Translations under genes and position numbers: made by a program | Assembly (NCBI GenBank): GCA_002067865.1 | Contig: MVRC01000012.1 | Location: forward strand, 93,395 to 157,394 | Source: Methanomassiliicoccales archaeon PtaU1.Bin124 | Lineage (GTDB): Archaea; Thermoplasmatota; Thermoplasmata; Methanomassiliicoccales; UBA472 | DNA length: 64,000 nucleotides | Reading direction: 5' to 3' | Shown: in pieces, positions 28,883 to 38,622 of the stretch | Position numbering within the stretch: the first letter of the stretch is position 1 | Layout: each line of letters starts with the position of its first letter | The notes under the pieces: model-generated | Databases searched by the model: none | Seen by the model: the letters and a program-made list of their open reading frames with translations, nothing else | Told to the model about the DNA's origin: nothing

Positions 28883-30388
28883 TCAGGTCGTCTGGACCTT
28901 GGGCTTGGTTCCCAGCGAGACGCCGATCATGGCCACGAATCCCAGCGGCACGCTGATGATGCCCGGGTTGGTCAGCGAGAACCAGGCCCCGTCCGCCATG
29001 AAGGTCGGGCTGATGGCGATGAGCAGCAGGGAGCTGGCCAGTCCTACGATGATACCGGCGATGATGCCCTTGTCCGTGGCCCTCTTCCAGAACAGCGTTC
29101 CAATGAGCGCCGGGATGTTGGCCGAGGCCGCAATGGCGAACGCCAGACCTACTAGAAACGCTACGTTCTGGCCCTTCATCAGTATGCCCAGTAGGATGGC
29201 GATAAGCCCCACGCCCACCGCCGTCATCTTAGACACCCTGAGCGCCGCCTTGTCGGACTTCTTCTTGCCCAGTATCTCGGTGTAGATGTCGTGCGCGATG
29301 GCCCCGGCCGCCGCCATGATCAGCCCCGATACGGTGCCGAGGATGGTGGCGAACGCTATGGACGAGATGAGCGCGAAGAACATCTCCCCGCCGATGAAGT
29401 TGGCCAGCGTCGGCGCTGCCAGGTTCGAGTCGGTGATGATGAACTTCCCCTGCCCAGCGAAGTAGTTCGCCCCCAGGCCGAGGTACAGCATGAGAATGTA
29501 GAACAGCCCCATGAGTATGATGGCCACCACGGTGGACTTCCTGGCGTCCGAAGGCTTCGGAACGGTGTAATACCTGATCAGGATGTGCGGCAGGGCGGCA
29601 GTGCCGAGCAGCAGCGCTACCATCAGCGACATGAAGTCCAGCGGATCCTTGTACTTCAGACCGGGCGACATGAACGCATCCCCGGTGTAGGTCATGACCC
29701 CGGTCTTCGGGTTCGAAGCGCCGTTGGTGATGAACTGGCTGATGAAGTTGATCGGGTCCTGCCCAGCGACCGCCAGCACTCCGATGGTGAGTCCTATGAC
29801 CGCTATGAGCAGCAGGATGGCCTTGATGAACTGCACCCAGGTGGTGCTGACCATTCCAGCGGTCGCGACGATCAATATCACGATGCCGCCGACGATGAGC
29901 ACGCCCCATTCATAGGGGAAGCCGAGCAGGGGCTGGATGATCGTCCCTGCGCCCACCATCTGCGGGATGAGGTAGAATATGCTCACGATCAGCGTGCTGA
30001 TGGCGGCCGCCAGGCGAACCCATTTGCTCTTGAACTTGGACACCAGCGCATCAGCGAAGGTGAACTTGCCCATGACGCGCAGCGGCTCCGCTATCAGGAA
30101 CAGCGCCACGATCCATCCGGCCAGGAAACCTATGCCGTAGATGAAGCCGTCGTAACCGCTGAACGCGATCATGCCCGCTATACCAAGGAAGGAAGCGGCG
30201 CTGAGGTAGTCACCGGCGAAGGCCACCCCGTTCACGAACCATTTCACTCCCCCTCCAGCGGTGTAGTAGTGTCCCGCAGTACGCACGCGGCGGGAGAAGT
30301 ACACCGATATGGCCAGGGTGATCATCACTATGACGACGAACAGCGCGAACGCTATCGGTTTGAAATCGTTGGTAAGTGCACTCGCCAT
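28883..30388 (-). CDS. actP: Sodium:solute symporter family, cation/acetate symporter ActP-like
   Basis: 501 aa. YYTAGGGVKWFVNGVAFAGDYLSAASFLGIAGMIAFSGYDGFIYGIGFLAGW closely resembles ActP. Confidence 0.85.
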   Translation of the reverse strand: MASALTNDFKPIAFALFVVIVMITLAISVYFSRRVRTAGHYYTAGGGVKWFVNGVAFAGDYLSAASFLGIAGMIAFSGYDGFIYGIGFLAGWIVALFLIAEPLRVMGKFTFADALVSKFKSKWVRLAAAISTLIVSIFYLIPQMVGAGTIIQPLLGFPYEWGVLIVGGIVILIVATAGMVSTTWVQFIKAILLLIAVIGLTIGVLAVAGQDPINFISQFITNGASNPKTGVMTYTGDAFMSPGLKYKDPLDFMSLMVALLLGTAALPHILIRYYTVPKPSDARKSTVVAIILMGLFYILMLYLGLGANYFAGQGKFIITDSNLAAPTLANFIGGEMFFALISSIAFATILGTVSGLIMAAAGAIAHDIYTEILGKKKSDKAALRVSKMTAVGVGLIAILLGILMKGQNVAFLVGLAFAIAASANIPALIGTLFWKRATDKGIIAGIIVGLASSLLLIAISPTFMADGAWFSLTNPGIISVPLGFVAMIGVSLGTKPKVQTT

Positions 30389-30391
30389 GGT

Positions 30392-31159
30392 CTACCCCTC
30401 CTGCTTCTTCTCCATGGCGCTGGCATATCTATTGAACATCACTGCCATTACTATGGCTATGAGGATGACCAGCATTCCCAGCAGCAGGCCGACGTTGAGG
30501 CCCAGGATGTGCTGTCCCATGAGGCTCCTGTCGTAACTGCCCATCACCATGAACACCGCGTAGATGACAGTGAAGATGGTGAACAGTCCGAGGCCGACCT
30601 TGAACTGCTTCGTGGTGGTGATGTGCTCCACTGTCTTCGGGATCTCCCTCTTGGCGATGCTCCTGGCCAGTTCCAGTGCCTTCTTCCCCTGTTCGGGCGT
30701 GGGGTTGATGGTGATGACCTCACATTGTGCCATACGGGCCACGGACTTGGCCACATCGCCCAGGTAGAGTTCGGTCATGCCGTGGGGCCTGGAGCTGCCC
30801 AGGACGATGGTGGAGACGGACATGGCCTTGGCCACATTGACGATCTCTCCCGCCACCGGACCCTCCCTGGCGACCTCTTCCACGTCCACGCCTTCCTCCG
30901 CCGCCAGCTTCTTGGCGAACAGGATGCCGTCGATGTCCTTGCAGCGCTTCAGCGCGACGTTCCCTGCCTGCATCTCCAGCTGGACGGTGGGTGCCGTCTC
31001 GGTGACGTACAAGATGATCAGCCCGGTCTTCCTTTCCTTTGCCAGCTTGACCGCCTCGATGGTGGCTGCAAGGGCCGGAAGGGAGCTGTCGGTGGGCAAC
31101 AGGATGCGCCCGCCGTTCATGGCCGGCCCTCCCAACGGAGTTCTCTCACGAAGGCCCAT
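30392..31159 (-). CDS. Universal stress protein (USP) domain fused to a DUF485/YjcH-like two-helix membrane domain
   Basis: 255 aa. The USP part reads ILLPTDSS...LIILYVTE...TIVLGSSRPHG...GDVAKSVARMAQCEVITI. The C-terminus has two TM helices (VGLGLFTIFTVIYAVFMVMG; VGLLLGMLVILIAIVMAVMF) followed by NRYA. Its stop lies 3 nt before the actP start. An alternative start is at 31120. Confidence 0.7.
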   Translation of the reverse strand: MGLRERTPLGGPAMNGGRILLPTDSSLPALAATIEAVKLAKERKTGLIILYVTETAPTVQLEMQAGNVALKRCKDIDGILFAKKLAAEEGVDVEEVAREGPVAGEIVNVAKAMSVSTIVLGSSRPHGMTELYLGDVAKSVARMAQCEVITINPTPEQGKKALELARSIAKREIPKTVEHITTTKQFKVGLGLFTIFTVIYAVFMVMGSYDRSLMGQHILGLNVGLLLGMLVILIAIVMAVMFNRYASAMEKKQEG

Positions 31160-31510
31160 GCCGACGTTCCGCTATCGATCTTCGGTATGGTCTTCTCCCT
31201 GACGATCCTGCCCGGTGGGGCAGGGGAGGTCTGAGACATCCTCCTACGTCTTTTTCTGCTGGGGTGGACTATTTCATCCCGCATGAAAGCGCATACCCAA
31301 AGTGTCATTACTTAAAGATTTGTTAATTACTCTACGATATTTGTCGATTTGAACTTTGGAATACACGAAAATCGTAGAAACTTCTAGGTACAATCACATA
31401 AAATGAACAAATGACGACTGGCACATCCGTCTTTTGACGTAGTATCGATTGAAGCATCTAGAATATAATGGTTGGCAAAAAAAGATGAAAGGAATTGAAC
31501 GAGGGTAAGT

Positions 31511-31837
31511 TCAACCGCGGGCCTGACGACGCTTGAACGCTTCGACGGCCTGGCGGACGGTCCCTTCCTCGTCCACGACGAGCTTGATGCCGCGCGACTC
31601 CAGTTTCTTCACGCCGTGCGGTCCGACGAATCCGGTGATGACCACGTCTGCCTTAAGCTTGATGATGTTCTCGGCCGTCTGGATGCCATAACCGATGTCG
31701 GTGTCGACCAGCACATTGTCGAAGGCCTCGAACTTCATCGTGTCCGGTTCGACCATGACGAAGTAGGGCGCATGGCCGAACTCCTCGGCCACCAGCGCAT
31801 CGAGGTCCACCCCCTCGGCGGTGACACAGATGCGCAT
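31511..31837 (-). CDS. NifB/NifX-like dinitrogenase FeMo-cofactor-binding family protein
   Basis: 108 aa. MRICVTAEG...EFGHAPYFVMVE...VVITGFVGPHGVKKLE is typical of this small archaeal family. Confidence 0.75.
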   Translation of the reverse strand: MRICVTAEGVDLDALVAEEFGHAPYFVMVEPDTMKFEAFDNVLVDTDIGYGIQTAENIIKLKADVVITGFVGPHGVKKLESRGIKLVVDEEGTVRQAVEAFKRRQARG

Positions 31838-31841
31838 CAGC

Positions 31842-32708
31842 TCACTTCCTTGCTGGCTTCCGTGGCGGCTGGGTCTCGACCCACATCTTCAGCTTGTCGG
31901 CGATCTCATTGAACGCCTTGGCCCCGGGGCTGTCCTTCTCACCGATGACGATCGGTCTGCCCTCGTCGCCCGCCGGAACCATGTTGACGTCGATCGGGAC
32001 CCGGCCCAGGAACGGGACGCCCATGTCCTTGGCGGCCTTTTCCCCTCCCCCGATCTTGAACAGGTCGATCTCTTCGCCGCAATGAGGGCACTTGAACCCG
32101 GACATGTTCTCCAGGATGCCGATGACCGGCAGCCCGAGCGCCTTGGCGAAGGTGACAGACTTGCGAGAATCAAGCAGCGCCACGTCCTGCGGGGTGGTGA
32201 CGATGACCGCGCCGTCCGCTTCGGGGATCAGCTGCGCCACGCTCAGCGGCTCATCGCCGGTGCCTGGCGGAAGATCTATGAACAGGTAGTCGAGGTCGCC
32301 CCAGTTGACGTCCTGGATGAACTGCCTGATGGCGCTCATCTTCATCGGTCCGCGCCATACGACAGGGGAGTCCTTGTCCTCGATGAGGAACGCCATGGAC
32401 ATGACCTTCAGGCGGGGCAGCACTTCGATGGGATAGAGGCCCTCGGAATCGGCCTGCAGGCGGGCCTCCTCGGCGCCCAGCATCTTGGGGATGTTCGGCC
32501 CATGGAGGTCGGCGTCCAAGATGCCGACGTTGAACCCGCGCATGGCCATCGCGGTGGCCAGGTTGGTGGCGACGGTGCTCTTCCCCACACCGCCCTTGCC
32601 GCTCATGATGACGATCTTGTGCTTGATATGGGCCAGCTTCTTCAGCAGCTTGACCTCTTCTCCCTGTACGGTCTGGACGTTGATCTCGTCGCCTTCCATT
32701 GAGAACAC
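31842..32708 (-). CDS. Mrp/NBP35 (ApbC) Fe-S cluster carrier ATPase
   Basis: 288 aa with the deviant Walker [12 protein letters not shown], the CPHCG motif and DLPPGTGD. Confidence 0.9.
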   Translation of the reverse strand: MFSMEGDEINVQTVQGEEVKLLKKLAHIKHKIVIMSGKGGVGKSTVATNLATAMAMRGFNVGILDADLHGPNIPKMLGAEEARLQADSEGLYPIEVLPRLKVMSMAFLIEDKDSPVVWRGPMKMSAIRQFIQDVNWGDLDYLFIDLPPGTGDEPLSVAQLIPEADGAVIVTTPQDVALLDSRKSVTFAKALGLPVIGILENMSGFKCPHCGEEIDLFKIGGGEKAAKDMGVPFLGRVPIDVNMVPAGDEGRPIVIGEKDSPGAKAFNEIADKLKMWVETQPPRKPARK

Positions 32709-32794
32709 CCTTGTCAGTTCGGGACTGGCGAGATAACACTGCTGGACCTATAAAAGGTATGATGGGAACAAGGCCCAAGCGGCGGTTCGATATC

Positions 32795-33178
32795 TCATTC
32801 CTTGGCCATGTTCTGCTGGACCCGGTGGATGACGATCCTCCTGACCAGATCATAGGGGATGGGTCGGTCCAGAGGGAACTGCACCGTGCCCTTCCCGCCC
32901 TTGTACTTCTTCAGCTCCTCCTCGAACGCCGCCTTACCTTCCGCGGTCGGGAAGAACCCGATGTGGTTCTTGAAACCAGCGAAGTAGACCAGGATGCCGT
33001 TCTGCTCGAACGCGGGCATCTGATAGCTGATGCATTCCTTCGCATCCGGTGCTGCCTCCCTGATGACCCTCCTCAGCTCTTGCATGATCTTCTGGACGTT
33101 CTCGGGGAAGGAGGAGATGTATTCGTCTATGTTGGTCGATGCGCCGCTCTTCATTCTGTTCCCTCGGCCGATTATCAT
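32795..33178 (-). CDS. DUF1801 (YdhG-like) protein
   Basis: IDEYISSFPENVQKIMQELRRVIREAAPDAKECISYQMPAF...HIGFFP is typical of DUF1801. The likely start is the internal ATG at 33154. Confidence 0.7.
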   Translation of the reverse strand: MIIGRGNRMKSGASTNIDEYISSFPENVQKIMQELRRVIREAAPDAKECISYQMPAFEQNGILVYFAGFKNHIGFFPTAEGKAAFEEELKKYKGGKGTVQFPLDRPIPYDLVRRIVIHRVQQNMAKE

Positions 33179-33235
33179 GTGAGGAGCACCATCATAATGT
33201 TTGGCCTTAATAATATTTGTGATATTATTATATAA

Positions 33236-34318
33236 TTACTTATAATATTTTTCGAGGATGTCGATGATGCGGACCGATGCCAGTCCGTCTCCGAGGGGGC
33301 AGGTCCAGTCGGCCGGGCGGGAGGACATCTCCTTGGCGGCGGCGACGATCCCATCCTCTTCGACACCCGCCAGCACATTGGCCCCGACATCGACGGTCTC
33401 GGGCCGTTCGGTGCTGTCCCTCATCGTGACGCATGGGACGCCCAGGATGCACGCCTCTTCCTGCAGCCCGCCGGAATCGGTCATGACCAGCCGGGCATGT
33501 GCCTCCAGCTGGATGAAGTCCATGTAGCCTACCGGGTCCATCACGGTCATGTTCTCCGGTAAGGCGATCTTGAACGAAGTCACGTTCTTCCTGGTGCGGG
33601 GATGCAGCGGCAATATGGCTGGCAGGCCCATCCTGGCGGCCGTTCTGCTCACCGCCGTCATCATGGAGCCGAGTCGCTTCGGCTCGTCCACGTTCTCCTG
33701 GCGGTGCATGGTGGCCAGGACATATCCGCCCTTCTCGAGATGCAGCCCTTCCAGCACCTTGGAGCGTTCCTCCGATATGGCCAGGTTCTGCCTGAGGGAA
33801 TCGACCACGGTGTTTCCCGTGACGAAGATACGCTCCTCCCCGATCCCTTCCTTCAGCAGGTTCTCCTTCGATACCTCGGTCGGGGCGAAGAGAAGATCGG
33901 AAACGTGGTCGGCCAGTATTCGATTCACCTCTTCCGGCATCTTCCGGTCGAAGGACCTCAGTCCCGCCTCGACATGACCCACTCCGATCTCCAGCTTGGC
34001 AGCCGCTAACGCACCTGCCAGGACCGTGTTCGTGTCCCCCTGGACCAGTACCACATCGGGACGTTCCCTGATCAGCACCGCCTCGATGCCCTGCAAGATG
34101 GACCCGGTCTGGGTGCCGTGACTGCCCGAGCCGACGTTCAGATTGTACCTCGGCTCAGGGAGTGCCAGCTCTTCGAAGAACACCCTGTCCATCTCATAAG
34201 AATAGTGCTGGCCGGTGTGGATCATGAAATGGTCGGCCTTTCTTTTCTCCAGCTCCCTTACGACCGGGGCCATCTTGATGATCTCCGGCCTGGTCCCCAG
34301 TATGACGCAGGTCTTCAT
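33236..34318 (-). CDS. wecB: UDP-N-acetylglucosamine 2-epimerase (non-hydrolysing)
   Basis: 360 aa with ILGTRPEIIKMAPV, VLVQGDTNT, HVEAGLRS and TDSGGLQEEA. Confidence 0.9.
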   Translation of the reverse strand: MKTCVILGTRPEIIKMAPVVRELEKRKADHFMIHTGQHYSYEMDRVFFEELALPEPRYNLNVGSGSHGTQTGSILQGIEAVLIRERPDVVLVQGDTNTVLAGALAAAKLEIGVGHVEAGLRSFDRKMPEEVNRILADHVSDLLFAPTEVSKENLLKEGIGEERIFVTGNTVVDSLRQNLAISEERSKVLEGLHLEKGGYVLATMHRQENVDEPKRLGSMMTAVSRTAARMGLPAILPLHPRTRKNVTSFKIALPENMTVMDPVGYMDFIQLEAHARLVMTDSGGLQEEACILGVPCVTMRDSTERPETVDVGANVLAGVEEDGIVAAAKEMSSRPADWTCPLGDGLASVRIIDILEKYYK

Positions 34319-34322
34319 GGCC

Positions 34323-35129
34323 TCACTTCATCAGCGCATGGATCTCATGCATGATACGGTCCATGTCCCTGCCCGGGAGCAGGCGATGCACCAGTTCCTC
34401 TCGCTCGATCATGTCCTTGATCAGGATGATATCGTTCTCCAGCAGTGCCTTGATATCGGCCCGGCGCAGGTCCAAGGCGGTTATCGGGTACAGGCGGTAG
34501 CGCTCCACCAATCCTTCCAGCCCCTCCCCCTCCGGATATCGCCAGCCGAGCAGCTTCATGTTCATGCACTCGGCGTAGCGGATCACATCGCTGGAAAAGC
34601 GCGTGTTCGTCACCAGCCAGACGTGGTCGAGCTGATGGACGTGGGACAGGTCCAGGAACCTCCCGTATGTGTATAGGGCGGTCTGTGCGCTGCACTTGAT
34701 GCCCTGGGAGTTGTGGAACTTGCACTCCACCATGGCCTTCCCGGAACCGTTCTTGAGGACGATGTCCACCTCGTGACAGATGCACTGCCCTTGCAGGCTC
34801 TGCCTGACCAGGATGTCATGGCCCATGGCCTTGAAGAGCCGGGCGATGAAATCTTCGAAGTAGTAGCCTTCGGGCCCGAGGTTCAGAATGGCCTTCTTGA
34901 GGCCGAAGCGGACCTTCCGTTCCGAGTCCAGCACCTTGTTGACCCGGCGATAGATCTCCTCGGTGGTGATGCCGTCGTACAGCTGGGGCCGGATGAGGTC
35001 CATCACCTTGCGGGCCTCGCTCTCTGGCATGCCAGTGCGCATGATCGACGCAATGACCTTCTCCGCGTTCAGCTCCTCTCTCTCGCCCGATCTCTTGATC
35101 ACGTACATCTGATCGACCGAGCATCCCAT
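34323..35129 (-). CDS. ATP-cone domain fused to a PD-(D/E)xK (Mrr-like) nuclease domain
   Basis: 268 aa. The N-terminal VIKRSGEREELNAEKVIASIMRTG...TTEEIYRRV is an ATP-cone. The central FEDFIARLFKAMGHD...HEVDIVLKNGSGKAMVECKFH carries the D...ExK core of an Mrr_cat-like fold. Confidence 0.7.
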   Translation of the reverse strand: MGCSVDQMYVIKRSGEREELNAEKVIASIMRTGMPESEARKVMDLIRPQLYDGITTEEIYRRVNKVLDSERKVRFGLKKAILNLGPEGYYFEDFIARLFKAMGHDILVRQSLQGQCICHEVDIVLKNGSGKAMVECKFHNSQGIKCSAQTALYTYGRFLDLSHVHQLDHVWLVTNTRFSSDVIRYAECMNMKLLGWRYPEGEGLEGLVERYRLYPITALDLRRADIKALLENDIILIKDMIEREELVHRLLPGRDMDRIMHEIHALMK

Positions 35130-35143
35130 CCCAAGCTAGATAA

Positions 35144-35713
35144 TCATTCTGACAGGGGCGAGGTCTTGCAGCGCTTGTTGAGCAGCGACCCGTCTGGCTC
35201 GAAGCTCTTGACCTGGTCGATGTCCGACAGGCTGATCGGCTGGGCGGCGGGAAGGTCCCTCTCATGCCCCTGGCCGATGGTCGCTGGTGTGCTCACGAGG
35301 GCGTTGAGGTCCTTGCGGAACAGGACGGTCTGGCCGTTCTTCCAGGTGACCACGATGGACATGCAGCCGTTCCTCAGCTCCAGATTGAGCGACTTCAGCA
35401 CCGAGGTGTAGGTGGCCGCCTTGCCCCTCCCGGTGTTGCGGGACATGCCGCACTTCGACATCAGCCCAAGCTCCTCCATCTGGTAGACCAGCTTGTAACA
35501 GGTCGCCACCGGCAGGTTGACCGCGGGAGAGATATCGCTGATCGTCATGCATCTCTTCGACGTCACTCCCAAAATGAACAGGGCCACTGGATCGAGGATG
35601 AAATGCGTCACGGACTGCACGTCCTGCTTGTTCATCCTCTCCAAGGCCTCTAGGATGGCACCTTCGGTGGTCCTATTGTCCCCCTCGTATGTACTCACTC
35701 CAACATTCCCCAT
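35144..35713 (-). CDS. Winged-helix (ArsR/TrmB-like) transcriptional regulator
   Basis: 189 aa with HTH MTISDISPAVNLPVATCYKLVYQMEELGLMS. It ends 14 nt upstream of the ATP-cone nuclease gene. Confidence 0.6.
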   Translation of the reverse strand: MGNVGVSTYEGDNRTTEGAILEALERMNKQDVQSVTHFILDPVALFILGVTSKRCMTISDISPAVNLPVATCYKLVYQMEELGLMSKCGMSRNTGRGKAATYTSVLKSLNLELRNGCMSIVVTWKNGQTVLFRKDLNALVSTPATIGQGHERDLPAAQPISLSDIDQVKSFEPDGSLLNKRCKTSPLSE

Positions 35714-35778
35714 CGTACCGAAATCTTGAGTGGGGGCTTAAAACTTTCTCTGGTGTTAAGATACGATGGCCAATTTTT

Positions 35779-37794
35779 TTACGATTTCCTGCCGGAGCTC
35801 TCCCAATTCCCTCTGGGCGTAGGATAGGCGGGCCTTTCCGTCCTCGGTTTTCCCATCGCCACCGCCCTTACGTCTATCCAGTTGACGAACTTCATCTCCT
35901 TGCCATATCCGTCGGGGAACTTCTTCTCGATCAGATCTATGCGCACCTTGACGTCCTCCACGTCCTCCTTCTCGATGCGCTCCCTGACCATCCTCTCCGC
36001 ATACGTCCTGGCCGAGGAGATGGCCTCCTCCAGCTTGCGGTACTGGGAGGGGGATGACATGGGCGAGAACACCATGACCCTCTCTTCGTCCTGGGGGGAG
36101 ATCTGCACGGTGAACATCTCCGTCACCTGGCTGCAGACCGCGCCCACCGCATTCCCCACGTCGTGTCCAGGCGGGATGACGACCCCCCCGGTCATCCGCT
36201 CCCGCAGCGGGAGGACGAACTCCTTGGCCGGCGCACCGATGCCCACGATGGTCTTGCCCAGGTCCACCTTAACATTAAGTCCAGGAACCACATTCGCGCC
36301 GCTGCTGGCACGAAGCAGGAGCTCGAACCCGGTGGAATTCGGAAGGTCCCCTCCTGCATCGACCAGTGCCTTTTTCACTACCTCCTCGCCGATTCGGGTG
36401 ATGACGAGGTCCACGATGTGCTGTGCCAGCCCATCGGGCTCCTCCCCCGCCTTCTTGCATAACAGTGACATACCGGCCTTGGACGCCTCGGGGTCCCCCA
36501 GCTGCAGCCTGCCCTGATGATGCAATGCATCGGTCGGGGTCAGGCCGGTCTCCAGCAGGTGCCCCTTGTCCTTCAGGGCCTCGATGTTCTCCTTGAGGAT
36601 GACGAAATTGTCCTCCAGCCCCTTCAATACGTCATAGTAGGAGCAGGGGGCGTTCTTTTCGATGAAGCCCATGATGGCCGCCTCTTTGGGGGTGGGGCGG
36701 TTCACGTTGGTCCGGGCGGGAACATAGAAGTTCAGCTCCTCCTCCTGCGCCATCTTGGTCAGGAGCGATGGATATCTGGCCGCACCTACGGCCAGGGGGA
36801 GCACGCGGTCCGGTCCAAGCCGCAGTCCCTTATGGTCGTCCAGCCACACCCGCGAATCGCCTCCAAGTCCACAGGTCCAGATATCGATCCCCTTCACCCT
36901 GGTGCGCCATTCTCCCACGATCGCCCCCTGTTGGTTCAGGCGGGGGAATCCAGAATCGAGGAACGCGATGTCCGTCGAGGTCCCGCCGATATCGACCACG
37001 ATGGCGTCCTCCAGCTGGGCCAGGGTCTTACCGCCCATGAGGCTGGCGGCCGGGCCGGAGATGACCATCTCCACCGGCTTCTCCCGCGCGGTGGCCATGC
37101 TCATGAGCCCTCCGTCGCCCTTGAAGACGTAGATCTTGCCCTCGATGCCCCTCTCCCTGACCGCCCTCTCCACGCCATTGAGGAAGTCGTCGATGACGGT
37201 GAGCAGCTTCGCGTTGAGGACGGCCGTTACCGTCCGTTCGTAGATGCCGAGGTCCGAGGTGAACATCTGCCCCATGATGACCGGCAGGCTCGTGGCCTTG
37301 TTGACCGCGGTCTTGACATTGATCTCCTGCCAGCCGTTACAAACGCTGAAGAATCCGGACACGGCGATGGCGTCGGTGCCCTGGCTGACCTCGTCGATGG
37401 CGTCCTGCAGCTCCGCCTCATCGATGGATTGGACCAGCCGGCCCAACGAATCGAAACCGCCCTTGATGTAACGCGCATGCTTCACGCCGAAGTTCCAGCT
37501 GGCCTCCGGCTTCCAGCCGATGCCGATGAGCCCGACCTCGCCTCCCCGTCCCTGCAGCAGCGAGTTCGTCGCCAGGGTGGTGGAGATGCCGATGAGCCTG
37601 ATGTCAGAGCGGTCCAGCGTAATCTTCTCCAGAACATTGTCGATCGATCCGATGATGCCCACAGCAAGATCGTCATAGGTGGTGGGGCTCTTTCCCTTGG
37701 CAATGAGCTCGTTCGTATCCAGATCGACGAGCGCCGCGTCCGTGAACGTGCCGCCGGTATCTATGCCGAGACCAATCTTGCGGGCCATGAACAT
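35779..37794 (-). CDS. Hydantoinase/oxoprolinase-A-family ASKHA ATPase-like protein, long form (paralog 1)
   Basis: 671 aa with GLGIDTGGTFTDAA, ISTTLATNS, VISGPAASLMG, VDIGGTSTDIA and GLGGDS, plus a ~270-aa C-terminal extension shared with 39564..41594. Confidence 0.8.
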   Translation of the reverse strand: MFMARKIGLGIDTGGTFTDAALVDLDTNELIAKGKSPTTYDDLAVGIIGSIDNVLEKITLDRSDIRLIGISTTLATNSLLQGRGGEVGLIGIGWKPEASWNFGVKHARYIKGGFDSLGRLVQSIDEAELQDAIDEVSQGTDAIAVSGFFSVCNGWQEINVKTAVNKATSLPVIMGQMFTSDLGIYERTVTAVLNAKLLTVIDDFLNGVERAVRERGIEGKIYVFKGDGGLMSMATAREKPVEMVISGPAASLMGGKTLAQLEDAIVVDIGGTSTDIAFLDSGFPRLNQQGAIVGEWRTRVKGIDIWTCGLGGDSRVWLDDHKGLRLGPDRVLPLAVGAARYPSLLTKMAQEEELNFYVPARTNVNRPTPKEAAIMGFIEKNAPCSYYDVLKGLEDNFVILKENIEALKDKGHLLETGLTPTDALHHQGRLQLGDPEASKAGMSLLCKKAGEEPDGLAQHIVDLVITRIGEEVVKKALVDAGGDLPNSTGFELLLRASSGANVVPGLNVKVDLGKTIVGIGAPAKEFVLPLRERMTGGVVIPPGHDVGNAVGAVCSQVTEMFTVQISPQDEERVMVFSPMSSPSQYRKLEEAISSARTYAERMVRERIEKEDVEDVKVRIDLIEKKFPDGYGKEMKFVNWIDVRAVAMGKPRTERPAYPTPRGNWESSGRKS

Positions 37795-37973
37795 CCTTAG
37801 CTCATTATCCCCTGAGGTTATTTAATTCCAATCCCAGAATCGAAGGTCGGGAGGATGCTGGCTAGATATTTCCATCCCCTGCTGATGATTACTACAAAAT
37901 AATATATTCGATTCAATTATTACGAAAGGAAGTGCGGATTCCGGACGGTCCCGGACGACTGTGGAGGTGAAGC

Positions 37974-38621
37974 GTGGTCGGCAAGAAGGAAAAGGTCCAG
38001 AAAGGGCTGGAGGTCGCAGTGATCTCCGGCAAGCGGGAGGAGTCCGTAAAGTATGCCAACATGGTCATCAAGGAAGGCCTCTCGCCGATCGAGGCCATCG
38101 ACCACGGCCTGATCAAGGGGATGATGATCGTGGGGGACAAGTACGCCCATCACGAGATCTTCCTGCCGCAGGTGCTGCTGGCGGCCGATTCACTATACGG
38201 GGCATTGGACATTCTTTTGCCATACATCCCCAAGGAGGATGCGCGCAACTCGCACCGGGTCATCATCGGAGTGGTCGAGGGGGATGTGCACGACATCGGC
38301 AAGAACATCGTGAAGACGATGTTAACCGCCGCTGGATTCAAGCTGGTCGACCTCGGCAAGGACATATCCGATGAAGAGTTCGTCAAGGCGGCCAAGAAGC
38401 ATCATCCGTTCGCCGTGGCCCTTTCCACCCTGATGACGCCGACCATGGACAGCATGAAGGAGACGGTCGACGCGCTGATCGAATCGGGGATAAGGGCGGA
38501 CCTTAAGATCATCGTGGGAGGCGCTCCGACCTCCCAGGAGTTCGCCGACGAGATAGGGGCGGACCTCCATGGCATGAACGCACAGGATGCGGTGGCGAAG
38601 CTCAAGTCTGCGATGAACTAA
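37974..38621 (+). CDS. Methyltransferase-cognate corrinoid protein (B12 cap + B12-binding domain)
   Basis: 215 aa with a GTG start preceded by GGAGGTGA. It carries the DxHxxG signature in VVEGDVHDIGKNIV, the SxL motif (ALSTLMT) and GGAP. The architecture is that of MtaC/MtbC/MtmC. Confidence 0.85.
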   Translation: MVGKKEKVQKGLEVAVISGKREESVKYANMVIKEGLSPIEAIDHGLIKGMMIVGDKYAHHEIFLPQVLLAADSLYGALDILLPYIPKEDARNSHRVIIGVVEGDVHDIGKNIVKTMLTAAGFKLVDLGKDISDEEFVKAAKKHHPFAVALSTLMTPTMDSMKETVDALIESGIRADLKIIVGGAPTSQEFADEIGADLHGMNAQDAVAKLKSAMN

Positions 38622-38622
38622 C

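Noticed and set aside
29291-31234. 647-aa ORF on the plus strand
   Set aside because: It is antisense to actP and the USP-DUF485 gene. Its His/Asp/Gly/Arg-rich composition and lack of recognisable domains contrast with the strong ActP similarity on the opposite strand.
33209-33229. AATAATAT-ttgtg-ATATTATT inverted repeat between wecB and the DUF1801 gene
   Set aside because: It is a pure A/T 8-bp stem in an AT-rich spacer, is thermodynamically weak, and is expected by chance in such sequence. It is noted but not called as an operator or terminator.
37882-37888. CTGATGA (C-box-like) upstream of the corrinoid protein gene as a C/D box sRNA
   Set aside because: There is no CTGA D box at the appropriate distance and no terminal stem. 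It is most likely chance in an AT-rich promoter region.
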